Shown piece after piece: positions 41,837 through 54,600 of a stretch of DNA of 64,000 bases. This stretch comes from Dimorphilus gyrociliatus (Eukaryota > Animalia > Annelida): contig CAJFCJ010000003.1 in the NCBI GenBank assembly GCA_904063045.1, positions 1,674,001 through 1,738,000 of the forward strand, in the 5' to 3' direction. The notes under the pieces are model-generated. The model saw nothing but the letters and a program-made list of their open reading frames with translations, did no database searches and was not told where the DNA came from. Every line of letters begins with the position of its first letter. The first letter of the stretch is position 1. The position numbers and the translations under genes are program-made.

Positions 41837-42705
41837 GTCTGTAACTTGAGAAAAATATGTATGACCAGCAATCTGGGATCGTTATAGCAATTATCTTAAT
41901 GTCAGAGAAGATAAACTTTTTATGTTAAAAAAAAACAGAGAGCAATGAAAAGTCTTCATGTCGTCTTTTACTGATTACCTAAACATTTGAAGCTGTACTA
42001 GAAATCAGATTCATACCTGTTCAAAAATATGCAAAATTATTTGAAGAAACTTGAATCTTATCTATTTCAGCTGTATTGAAATTAGTATAGAATAAAACCT
42101 AACATAGCTGATTGGCCTACGCAGCATATTGAATGAGTCTGGTTCAATAATTATTCATTGTGAAATGCAAACATTCTAAAAATTGGTGCCTTTTTCTATA
42201 AATTTTTCGGGGGATATGTGGTTGATAATTGAAGCTATTTTGTAAAATACTCGATAAAATATTTAAAAGAAATTTACGTATACGGTCGTACTTTTATTTG
42301 TACTAAAATCAAGAGAGAATAATCAAATATGTAATTACGTATAAACTATAGCACACTGCATGACAAACATGTTATGTTTTAGGTCAACTAGAGTACAATC
42401 ATTTTCAAATAAGCACAAAGAGAAGACTACAGACAAATATAATAAAGTACTCTAAACATCTGTATTTCACTGATATTTAAACTATATACCGGTAGACTGA
42501 TTGTCTATACATTTTTGAGGTAATTCGACCATTACATAATACAAAATTTTCATCTTTTTCGGAAAATATGATAAAGTAAAATGTTGTAAATATGTTAGAG
42601 CATTTTTCACTTTACAATCTATTACTTTAAAGTATTATAGATTAAATATGACGAAATGCTTGAAATACCTCAAATTCTGAATACGCTTCTAAATATATAA
42701 TTGAT

Positions 42706-45700
42706 TTAATTCACTCTAGATTGTTTTTTCATACAAACGATGCATCGAGAAATATAGGCTTTTTGTCCTCCGGACTTTAGAGTTAAAGTGCTTTGTTCAC
42801 CAGTTTGATAGTTCTTAACTTTATCTGACGCAACTAACCAGAAACTATATTTTCCAGCATGGAAATTACACGAACCACCTCCTCCCGTACACTCAATGAA
42901 TGGCATATTATTAAAATGCTGTAAGCAAGAACCAGGACTGGAGAGACTCTGACCACCTCCTTGTGCTCCAGCTCCAGTATGAAGAGCGAAACTGTAGCCT
43001 GACCATAATTCTTTCCAATGCATTGTATCTGGACAGGAGGGTAATTTAGAGGATTGGCTATGAAGAGCAATAACGTTGCCAGGAGCTTCACAAACTTTAC
43101 ATCTGGAAATGTATGGTTTAATATTGTCTCCTTCAGGAGGCATCATAGGTCTTTCCTTAGTTGTGGCTAACCAATAGGATTTGTCATTGGAGGCGGCGTA
43201 AGTACATACGTCAAACTGACAGCGCAATACTGGCATGACAGAAAAGCGCTTGACACAGCTTCCCGCCCAACCTAAATCTTGATGTTGAGCCCTAGAATTT
43301 CCAAGAATATGAACAAGAGAATAACCGGACCATAATGTTTGATGGCCAGGTTCCACGCATTCGGGTACTTCTTCTATCTGACTATGTATTGTATAAGTGA
43401 ACCCAGTAGGAAAAGTTAGTTTCTGCTTTACACTTCCATTCTGGCCTTTATTTCCTTTAGGACCTGGATAACCTCTTTCTCCTTTTTGACCAGGTATACC
43501 ATCTAGACCAGGTGCGCCCCGCTCTCCAACCGAACCTTTCTCTCCAGCTCTTCCTAGTATACCTTTTGGTCCTCTTTGACCTTCAAATATAAAAATAAAA
43601 GACTACATGCACAAATTTTTGAACTAAAAAACCTGGTTCTCCTTGCAATCCATCTTGACCGCTCTCTCCATCATAACCTCTTGGTCCTGGTAAACCATTT
43701 TCCCCTTTTTCACCTTTTTGGCCTGGAAGCCCGTATCCAGGCTTCCCAGGTTGTCCAGGATCGCCTCTATCACCTCTGGGACCCTCAGCTCCATCTTCAC
43801 CAGGTCTACCACTGTCACCAGTAGGACCTCTTGGACCTTTAGGCCCAGTAATGCCTGTTCCTTTTTCCCCCTTGTTTCCTTTTCAAATAGAAATATTAAT
43901 CAGCCTATACAGAAGAAAATGAAAAATGAAATAACCTTTTCGCCCTGGTAGGCCATTAAGACCTGGATTTCCAGTCTCACCAGTTAATCCTCTTTCACCT
44001 TTCGGTCCTCTTTCACCATCTGTGCCTCTTGATCCTTTTGCGCCTTTTTGACCTGGATTACCATTCAAACCGTTAGCACCAGGATCACCTGGAGGACCTG
44101 GAGGTAGAAAGCCTGAGCAGTCAATATCTGATCCTTTGGGGCCGGTGTTTCCTTTGTCTCCCTTTTGTCCTACAAATACTTCAAGTTATGCATAATAATA
44201 CTAAATGTAATCTAGAAAGTTAACCTGCAGCTCCTTCTAATCCTGGTAACCCAGGAATACCTTGATTCCCTTTTGGTCCAGGCTTGCCAGGGACTGAGGT
44301 TGAAATTCCGGGATTTCCTTTTGCTCCAGGATCACCCCTATCACCCTTTTTCCCATCGTAGCCTCTCGGACCTGTAGCTCCTTTTTGACCAGCGATTCCG
44401 GCTTCGCCCCTCTCACCTTTAGCACCAGGAATACCATCAGTTCCCGCAGTTCCGGGATCTCCTTTAGCGCCCGGTCCACTCGACCTTCCTGGTTCACCTT
44501 TATCACCTCTTAAGCCTTGAACACCATTTAAGCCCGATTTTCCATCGAGGCCGTCATTTCCTCGCTCTCCCTTTGGTCCTTTAAGACCAGGCTCTCCAGG
44601 AACACCAGAAGCACCAGGTTCTCCAGGACGGCCAAAACCAGGAGCTCCTTTAGAACCCTTTTCACCCACCTTTCCAGGTTTACCAGGATTTCCTTTTTGA
44701 CCAGGAAGTCCAGAAAGTCCTACTGATCCACGGTATCCCGGTGGTCCTACTTCTCCCTAAAAAGAAATTTCATATATCTGCATATTTAGTTAATAACGTC
44801 TGAAAAATTACCTTTTTCCCTACTGAACCTTCAGGACCTCTGTCTCCCTTTTGTCCTCTGATACCATTGAAACCTTGACTACCTTTGGCACCTTTGGAGC
44901 CGGTTAACCCTGGATTTCCCTTTTCGCCTTTAGAACATACTCCCGAAGTACCCTTTTCTCCCTTCTGCCCCTCAATTCCGTCAAAACCCCGCTCTCCTTT
45001 AGGACCTGTTGAACCTGGATTTCCTTTGTCTCCTCTTGATCCTTTTGGTCCTTTAAGACTGGAACCACTCCTCTCACCTTTTGGTCCTCTGTCACCCTTC
45101 TGTCCAGGAATACCAATTAATCCTGCAAAAGTCCAAAATCAGTCACAGTAACTGCAGTTATTATGATTTAAAAACATATTATCTAATACAGTCACGATAA
45201 TAAGTAATTAGTACAAAGAAAAAAAGTTTTATAAGGTGATTATTTGGTGTTATATAATTTAATTTGCCTAATCATCATATTAAATCTGTACGTCAAGTCT
45301 TGGTTGAAACACTGTAAAAGTTAGTTAATTTGCTTCCTTTTTAGAGTTGGATTTTAGAAGGGCCTATTTTTCAACTCTTTCATTTCAACTTCTATTTGCA
45401 TAAAACCTTTTTAACATCAGACAATGATATCTGAATAGGAACAGTACAGTTTGGTAAAATTTCTTGTCCTGTCCAGTTTGGTTTAAATCTTCATTTTTTT
45501 GTAATCTACAATTTCATTTTCCTTGTTATTGTTTGTGATCTGGGAGATAATAACTCTTAATTGTAACGTCATAGCAACTGTGTTAAAATTACTTAATAGC
45601 TTGTGAAATAATCTATACCATAAACATATTTTGATCGTCAAAGAATTCACATGTTTAAAACTTTTTATCCCTTGTTATAATTAGTTATTATCGTGACTGT

Positions 45701-48700
45701 ATTATATATTTTAGATAAATGGTATCTCACAAAAAATATAGTTGTGGAAGTATCATGTTTTTAATAAAATTCGCAAACCTTGCTTTCCTGGTAGACCCCT
45801 ATCGCCTTTTGGGCCTTCTGGTCCGTCTCTACCACTTTCACCAGGATGACCTCTGCTTCCAGGAGTTCCTGGATTCCCCATTCGACCAGGAGGTCCCATA
45901 GAGCCTTTTTCTCCAGATTTTCCGTCTTGTCCTGGGTAACCAGCTTCACCTTTTTCTCCTGGTTCTCCCCTTACAGTCTCTCCTGGTTGTCCCTGTGGTC
46001 CTCTGTCACCTTTTCTACCAGGCATTCCCGGTACACCAACTGAACCTGGTAACCCGTCGCTACCTGTTGCACCTCGATCTCCAGGCTCTCCCTTTCGACC
46101 ATCATATCCCAATTCACCTCTCTCCCCCTTCATTCCTTTCTGTCCATATCCAGGGGACCCCTTCTGTCCCGGTAATCCAGGAGGACCAGAACTTCCATCT
46201 GCACCATTCACGCCATCTTTTCCTCTTTCACCAGGAACACCTTTATCTCCTGAAGTACAAAAAATTTAGTATGTAATGTGTTAAATTGAACTAAAAAAAT
46301 TTGTGGTAATACCTTTTCTGCCAGGAAGACCCGTGAGTCCTAACTTCCCAGGATACCCGATCTCTCCTTTATCTCCTTTAATTCCATTTGTGAAACTACC
46401 AGGTTCTCCTGTTAAAAGAAATTTAAATAACAAAAGAACTATATATATAAAGAAATTCAAATAATGGTTATTATACCTTTAAAACCTTGAGGACCTGAAT
46501 CACCCTTTTGTCCTGGTATCCCATTTTCACCCGGATTGCCATCTAGCCCTCTAGATCCGGGGGATCCCATGTTTCCCTTATCACCCTTCTGGCCAGACAA
46601 TCCAGGTAAACCTGGGGATCCTCTAGGACCGACTCTGCCGTCTTTTCCTGTAGAGCCTTTTACACCAGGCTGACCGTCCCTCCCTCGAAGTCCATTCACA
46701 CCAGGTTCTCCTTTTTCTCCTTTTTGAGTCAGACTACCACCCGCTGCCGTGCAATTAGCAGTATTTCCCTTTGGACCGTCTATTCCTCTAGGCCCACGAT
46801 CTCCTTTTAAACCTCTTCGTCCAGGTTGTCCATCTGAACCACGATCACCCGGTTCTCCTTTATTCCCTGGGAGGCCGTTTTGTCCCCTGTTTCCCTTTTC
46901 GCCAGATTCACCTCGATTTCCTTTGTCACCTCCTCTTCCAGGAATTCCTGCTTTTCCAGGAAGACCTCTTGATCCATCAACACCGGGCGACCCGGGTAAA
47001 CCTCTAGGTCCTTGTTCACCTTTAATGTCTATCTGATTAATATCTATAGTTTCTCCTTTTTCACCCTTAGGTCCATTATATCCTCTTGGTCCTTCTGCAC
47101 CCTGAAAAATATAAAAAATGGCCAATTGTTGAGGACTTTTTGGCACCTACCATCTCTCCAGTTAGCCCTCTCCGTCCACTTTCTCCTTTTTGACCAGGCA
47201 AACCAGGGGCTCCATTTACTCCAGATTCACCAGGATTACCGTCTCTCCCATCTTCACCCGGAGCTCCGGGGTAGCCTCTTTCACCTTTCGGTCCGTTGCA
47301 AGCTTGACACTCCCCTCCTTTAACACCTTTTTCTCCATGATCACCTTTCCTGCCATTATATCCAGGATTTCCAGATTTTCCTGTATCACCCTTTATTCCA
47401 GGGTCACCTTTTGATCCTGGTATACCTTCAAGAGTATCACCTGGCAATCCTATTTCGCCTTTATCTCCCTTATATCCAGTGTCTCCTCTCTCTCCTTTTT
47501 GTCCGGTATCACCTATGGGACCAACACCCCCTATTCCAGGATCTCCTTTTATTCCTTCACGCCCTTTTTCACCCTTTTGCCCAGCAAGGCCTTCAATACC
47601 CCTTGGCCCTTTTCTTCCTGCAGCTCCTGGTTGACCGGGTGGTCCAACTGGACCCGGTTCTCCTTGATAGCCCTTCTCACCTCTCTCACCTCCTTGACCA
47701 GGAAGACCCGGAGGCCCATCTGAACCTTTTAACCCTTCACTTCCCCTAACACCTCTGAGCCCTGGAGGTCCTTCTTCACCCTTTTCGCCTTTTTGAACAG
47801 GCGGACAGTTTCCTCCTCCCTTACCAAAACAATCTCGACCTCTTGGCCCTGGTCTCCCCTTCACGCCTTTACTTCCAGAAGGTCCTATCGGACCCAAATC
47901 ACCCTTTTCTCCCCTTTCACCATCATATCCTCTGTCTCCTTTCGGACCACTAGGACCGGTATCACCAGGATGACCCTTTAAAATAATATATTAATATTCA
48001 TCATAATCTTAAACCGTTCATGCATACAAACCCTAAGACCTTGTTGTCCAGGTAAACCTTTTTCACCTTTTTCTCCTGGGTAACCAGCAGGACCCTACAT
48101 AATCAACAAAAGCTACTGAGAGAAAATAAAGTAAGAAAATCGCAACTTACTAGATCTCCTCGTTCACCTTGATCTCCAGGTCGACCAGGTTCACCTTTGT
48201 AACCACGCAAACCAGGCTCTCCTTTGTTCCCCTTATCCTTATATTGAGTGCAGTTGGTGCCAAATTCCGGCATCTGTTAATTTGTAATTTTGACATATAA
48301 CTTAATTATATGTGATTGTAACGCATACCTCACAATCACACTCTCCTTTCTCTCCTTTTTCTCCTTTATTTCCACTTCGGCCTCTTTCGCCATTATGAGA
48401 CAGTCCAGGAACCCCAGGTTCACCTTTTTCGCCTACTGAACCAGTATAACCTCTATCGCCTTTTTCACCATCAACACCAAGGCGACCTGGTACACCTTTT
48501 TGACCTTTAACACCCTGCAGAGCATTTATTTAGAACAAGAAACTATCTAATAATTCATAACTTACAGGATAACCTCTAGGTCCTTTAGCACCGTCATCTC
48601 CCTTGATACATTGCCCTTTGCAATCACCTCTTCCGGGCTCTCCTTTTATCCCCTTGATACCTATTTAATTTCTAGGAAGTTTTAGAGTAATAAAAAGTAT

Positions 48701-50034
48701 TGAAAAGGTTACCTGGATTTCCGTTATATCCTGGGGCACCATCTAGGCCTTGTACTCCTTTTGTTCCTTTTTCTCCTGGGGCTCCATCACAACCGTCTTT
48801 TCCAGGTGGTCCAGGATATCCAGGATTGCCATCTACTCCCTTTAAATAAAATATAATTACTGATGTAAAAAAATTTAGCATGAACTTACCGATAAGCCAG
48901 TTCGGCCTGGATGTCCTGGATACCCAGGAGGACCCTTAATAAAAATATAATATATAAGTAACACTATAGTACAATTAAGTTGTTCTTTAGAGGCTTCTTA
49001 CTCTGTCTCCTTTAAATCCTCTCAATCCGGGCATTCCATTTTCCCCTTGAAATCCAAGGTCTCCTGTTGGGCCCTCAACGCCCTTATAGCCCTTTGGGCC
49101 AGGCTCACCTTTTTGTCCCGCTTGTCCAGGACGACCCTGTTGAATTAATTCAAAAAATTGTAGAGTATAACAAGTATTCTAGCGAAACAATCATAAACTG
49201 CCTAGACTTAAGTCTTACGCAAAGTAAGTGAGAAAGTGCAAAACAGATTATTTAAATCAGTAAGTTTTAAAAGATCTAACTTAGGTTTACATAGGAAAAT
49301 ATAAAATTTCTTGTCCAGATACATTGCACGTGATCAGAATATAATATACTATTGGGTGTATATATCGTGTAATCTTAAGCATTTGTTATTCTCTAATTTA
49401 AAACATTAGGTTGATCTGCATAAGACAAAAACTAATAAAAACCAGATATCTTGTCTGTTAAGGGAAGTTTTATAATTAATACAAGACGTATAATTAGACC
49501 AAGCACAGATGAGGAAACAAAAAAGATAACTCCATAATAAACTTTGTACATTTGTACACTTGCCCAAACATTTCATGAGAGGGATTCAGTACTGACCAAG
49601 CTTGGTTATTTAAAACCAAAATATGTCCAACTGTACAATGTAATTGGCTAGATGATACGTACTCAGAAGTTCAATGACCGAAAACTAGTAAGCTATACAT
49701 CAAGTTATCTTAAATACTGCGAACGTTTAGGAGTCTAAAAAAACTGCCAAAGAGGATAAATCAGAGGAATGTTTAAAATCAGTTACGTAAGGCTGCTATA
49801 GGGGCAAAAATGCAACCACACCTTGAAATGATTCATACATAAAAACAAAACCTCAGGGTATAGGCGTATTACTATAAAAACTCCCTTATCAAATACTATT
49901 CTTGTAATGGGGGAAAAAGAGTGTGATTGCAAGTGCAAATTTCAAAAAAATTTTCGAGAAATCTAAGCTTGTTTCTACAAATAAATAAGAGTGACTGAGA
50001 TAAGAATATTGGTCTCTATTCGTCAATACAATTT

Positions 50035-50101
<67 letters not shown>

Positions 50102-51262
50102 CAAGTCAAACTGTCAACTTGACGATTGTTTAAACAAGACTTGAGAAAAGACACTAGCCGGTTAAAATCTCGGACAAGGACACATTTTCTCAAAAATTTA
50201 ATTCAAGTAGAGGGAATATTACCCTTTAGAAAAGTTTTTGTTAGGGTCGCGTGTCGTTTGTTTTTTTAATACGAACAGGAAAATCAACACTGTTCAGTTG
50301 TTGTTTGTAAATGGGTTTGCTCTGCGTATAGCGTGAAACGTAAACAAACTGGTCCCTTTAAACTAATATACAACCATTTCCTTTCCATAAGAATTTACTT
50401 AATTGGGATATTTAAAGAGGAAATATTGGAACGGTTTTTAATAACTTCCTTTGACAGGCATATAAGAAAGTTATAGTCACCCTTGATCCTTTTCGTCCGA
50501 CGCATTTGCAGGTGCTGTTGAATCTTGTGCAGTCTCCACAAGGTTTTATTGAATCGATACTGTCCGCCTGCATAAGAAATAATAGATAAAAGAGAATACG
50601 GAAAAAACTCTATCAAAACTTTTATGTTTGTAAGTTATACCAAAATTTAAAACATTCGTTTCAAATAAAAAAAATACCCCGTTTCATATCTGATCTATAG
50701 GTTTTTAAAACAGTGCTCTACAGTTGCAAACCATGCCGTAAAACTAAAAAGCCCAGCTATAAAATCTACCTACTAACGACCTGTATAGTAATAAAGGGGG
50801 AATAGCATCAAAGGCGAATTTACCTCCCTACCCCTTTCTACTTTGCTTAGAACAGACGATGAGTTATTTACCGTCTGCTTCGTTGATTTTATCACAAAGT
50901 AAACATTTTCACACAGCTATACCCTTACTAGTAAACTAAGTCGGAGTGTGTTTTTTAAAAACAAAGCAAGTTGCTTGATTAATTCGAAAAAAAAAACCCA
51001 GTCTGAATTCGCACGCCTGTCAGACATGTGCGCAACCCCACCCAAAAAAGCCTATAAAAAATTCTAGTCCTAACAGTACATGAAAAATGAGTTTGTAATG
51101 GGGTTATTGAACTTACCTGCGACGGTCGCAAGAATATGACTAGAATATATAGAAGAGTGCTGCCCCTTTTTCGAGAGAAAAAAACGAAATTTTTTTTGTA
51201 TAAAAATTCAAAAAATGTTCAATAACTAACCAGCACAGCAAATCAGCAGAATAAAAACGCAT
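42706..51262 (-). CDS. COL4A2: Collagen type IV alpha2-like chain
   Basis: Signal exons [10 protein letters not shown]|[17 protein letters not shown] (51262), then the 7S start [14 protein letters not shown] and many Gly-X-Y exons with interruptions. The NC1 has 12 Cys and alpha2-type signatures [39 protein letters not shown] and KYSFWL. Internal exon boundaries were not all enumerated. Confidence 0.92.
50039..50101. repeat. (AT)n microsatellite
   Basis: About 30 units with one interruption, in a collagen alpha2-like intron. Confidence 0.95.
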
Positions 51263-51697
51263 GTCTACTTCTCCGTCAAGTAAGAGAGAAAAATTTCATT
51301 ATACAAATTCCTAAATATACAGTTTGTAGAAAAGACCGGTGAGAATTTGACTAGATATGAAGAAAATCAATGATTCTTCCACGATAAACTTCTTCGATGT
51401 TACAAACTTGGTTTGATGCAGATGAAGAGTACAGAAGGAATCAAATCGTTTGGTCTGTTTGTAAATTTGCGCGCCAAATAGTTCGTTTAATACTAAACTC
51501 TCCATTATGTTTTTCTTTATTCACAATAAACCTAAAATGAATGTTTTACAATATTCAAGCTTTAATAACTCTTTAATTAAATTTTATAAGTAATGAAAGA
51601 ATGATAAAAGTTTGTTAAAAATAGTTCCGGCTTGGTTTGATGGCTACGCGCACAGAAGTTGAGAGGCATAGACTAGAGAGAGAGCGGCGATGTGGAT
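51263..51697. promoter_or_regulatory. Shared bidirectional promoter region of the head-to-head collagen IV pair
   Basis: Start codons 51262(-) and 51698(+) are 435 bp apart. Head-to-head COL4 pairs with a shared promoter are established in vertebrates and Drosophila. A GA-rich tract lies at about 51661-51684. Confidence 0.75.
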
Positions 51698-54600
51698 ATG
51701 AAGAATTTGTACATATTTTTTCCAATTCTCTTCTATTACGTTGAATCAAAGGTTAGTTTTAAAAATTTTTCTAGATTGATAAAAATAAATTATATCTTCT
51801 AGATATTTATGATGTCATTTTTGAAATTTCTCTTAAAATTGAATCATTCAGTTTTAACTCAAAAGCAGATGGGCTCATTAATATTCATAAACTTCTATTA
51901 AATATTCATTATCCTAGTATAATTTACGGCAAACCAACGTTCAGCGCGTAAACGTTTTAAGTGTATAGTCTAGAACAGACACAAGGCAGATTTTCGTAAT
52001 TTTTCACGCTAAGCTTTTACAGAAAGTCAGATCGCAAGAACGAAGTTTATAAATGTGTTTTCCGTATTTCAAAAAGCTATAAATAATCTTAATAAATAAG
52101 GATTATTGGTTGTTGGACATAATTGCAAACTATATCTGTATTGAATCATTGCCGTTCTGTATCAGCAAGTCTATTTCCCACAAAATACACCTATAATATT
52201 AAGTTTGCATATTTATCTTAAATAGATCATATATAAAATTTTGTTTTAAGAACTAAGTTATATTTTAAGAAGGTGGCGCTTTCTTTTCAGAACTATCTTT
52301 GAATGTCTAATACTCTGTTAACAGGCAACTCCAACTACTGATCCCAAAATAGAACAAGCATATATTTATGGATATACTTGTGATGGATGTATAAATACGA
52401 AAAGATGCGTTTGCAGGGGATTAGACGGGCCACCGGTATAATTCTAAAAAAATATATGTTACTTTAATTATCTTTCTCTAATTATAACAAGGGCGAACCT
52501 GGGCCGCTCGGTGGAAAAGGGCTTCCGGGAGATGTTGGGAGTATTGGACCACCTGGGGAGAAGGGTTCAAGGGGTCCAATTGGGCACCGTGGTTATCCTG
52601 GCTCCAGGGGACTGAAGGGCGAAAAGGTGTTAAATGTCTTTTAACATTTACAAACAATTATGATCTCACATGTTTCAGGGCGATGTAGGATTTGTAGGAT
52701 TTGATGGTCCACCTGGAGGAAGCGTAAGTATAGTTTTTGCATTACATCAAATTACGAAAATATATAAATTTATATCTAAAAAAACAGGGTTCGCGTGGGG
52801 CTGATGGGGAACCAGGACCTCCAGGAGAACCTGGATGCAATGGAACTAAGGTAGATTAACTCTCTATAGCACAATATATGTAGATACATCAGATGTCGCC
52901 ACTAATCATATTTAAAATAAAAGCACCTTTTTTCCTTAGGGAGAACTGGGAATGACAGGTTCTCCTGGAGAACCCGGTCGAACAGGCAGACGAGGTATAG
53001 ATGGCGTTATGGGCAGAAAAGGAGAGCCTGGAGAATCCCATGGAGAAAATGGACAACCTTTGAAAAAAGGACCAAAAGGTAACTCCGGGATTAGAGGTGA
53101 TTTTGGCAGTTTTGGCCCCAGAGGTGATGAGGGAGATATTGGGCCTCAGGGTGAAAAAGGAATGAGAGGAGATGATGGTTTAAAGGGCTTTAAAGGACCT
53201 AAAGGGTCGAAAGGAGCAGACTTTGCTATTGACCCCAAAAAATTAGACGGTGAAAAAGGGCAGAAAGGTAGAAAAGGTGAAAAAGGTGAAACAATAACTC
53301 CTGCTTTCGTTGGTGATCCTGGAAAAACTGATGGAGATCCTGGAGAACCCGGTTCAACAGGAGACTTTGGAGCTAAAGGTGAAAAAGGAGAGAAAGGTTT
53401 GAAAGGCAAAATCTCTTTAATAGAGGGCGAAAAAGGAAGAAATGGTGAAACAGGATATAAAGGCCGACCGGTCAGTTTAAAGTAATCCATTAATAATAAA
53501 AATTTATAGATTTACTTTTATGTAGGGATTAAAAGGATTTATGGGCGACCTAGGTAGAAAAGGCTATCAAGGCGATTCTGGAATACGTGGTATTAAAGGT
53601 TATTTAGGGGATGCAGGACCAAAGGTTTGATTATCATTCACGGTTAGCAAAAATTCAACTTTGGTTTAACTCCAGGGATACCAAGGATTAGAAGGAGACA
53701 TTGGTGAAATGGGTGAACCTGGGAGATACTTAAGTATACCTACTAAGGAATATGGAGAAAAGGGAGAACCGGGAATTTCTGGGATTAGAGGACCAAAGGG
53801 TTATCATGGTATCAAAGTATGTGCTCTTTTAGTAGCTCTTAAATTAAGTTTCCAACTAGTGAGTTTTAGGGCAAAGAAGGCAGCCTTGGTAAGAAAGGCA
53901 CTAGAGGAGAAGACGGTAGAGAGGGTGATATTGGTGATAGAGGAAATCCAGGTCACCCAGGAATACAAGGTTATAATTACATTAAAAAAAAACTTCAAGC
54001 TCTAAAGAAATTTTTAACTTTCTACTACAAGGTTTACCTGGACAAGACGGAATTCGTGGAGAACCTGGCCAAATGGGTATTCCTGGGCAATCAGGAGAAG
54101 ATGGCGACAAGGGATTGAGGGGAGATTCAATTAGAACACGGAAAGGTATGAGGAACTTTTTATCTCGTTAGCTGAAATATTATATCTAAATTTTAAAAAG
54201 GTGAGAGAGGACGAAAAGGAGACAAAGGGTTTTTGGGATTTAAAGGAGTAAAAGGGATCATTGGCCAAAAAGGCTTTCCGGGAAAACCCACTAATCTTAC
54301 ACCTAGGAAGGGAGAAAAAGGTAGCAAGGGTCCAAGAGGAAACACAGGTCCCGATGGCCAAGACGGTTTACCTGGTCAGAAAGGCGACAAGGGTTTTAAA
54401 GGTGAAGACTGCCCTTTTTGTCCATCCAGAAGAGGGGATAGAGGAGATAGAGGGTCTCCAGGAAAATCTGGCGCTGCTGGAAGAAAAGGAAAACGGGGTA
54501 TCGATGGTTCTGACGGAGTTAAGGGAAGAAAGGGAATCCCAGGAGCAACCGGACAAAAAGGAGAGATGGTTAGTTCTTTTAATTAAGTATTTGAAATAAG

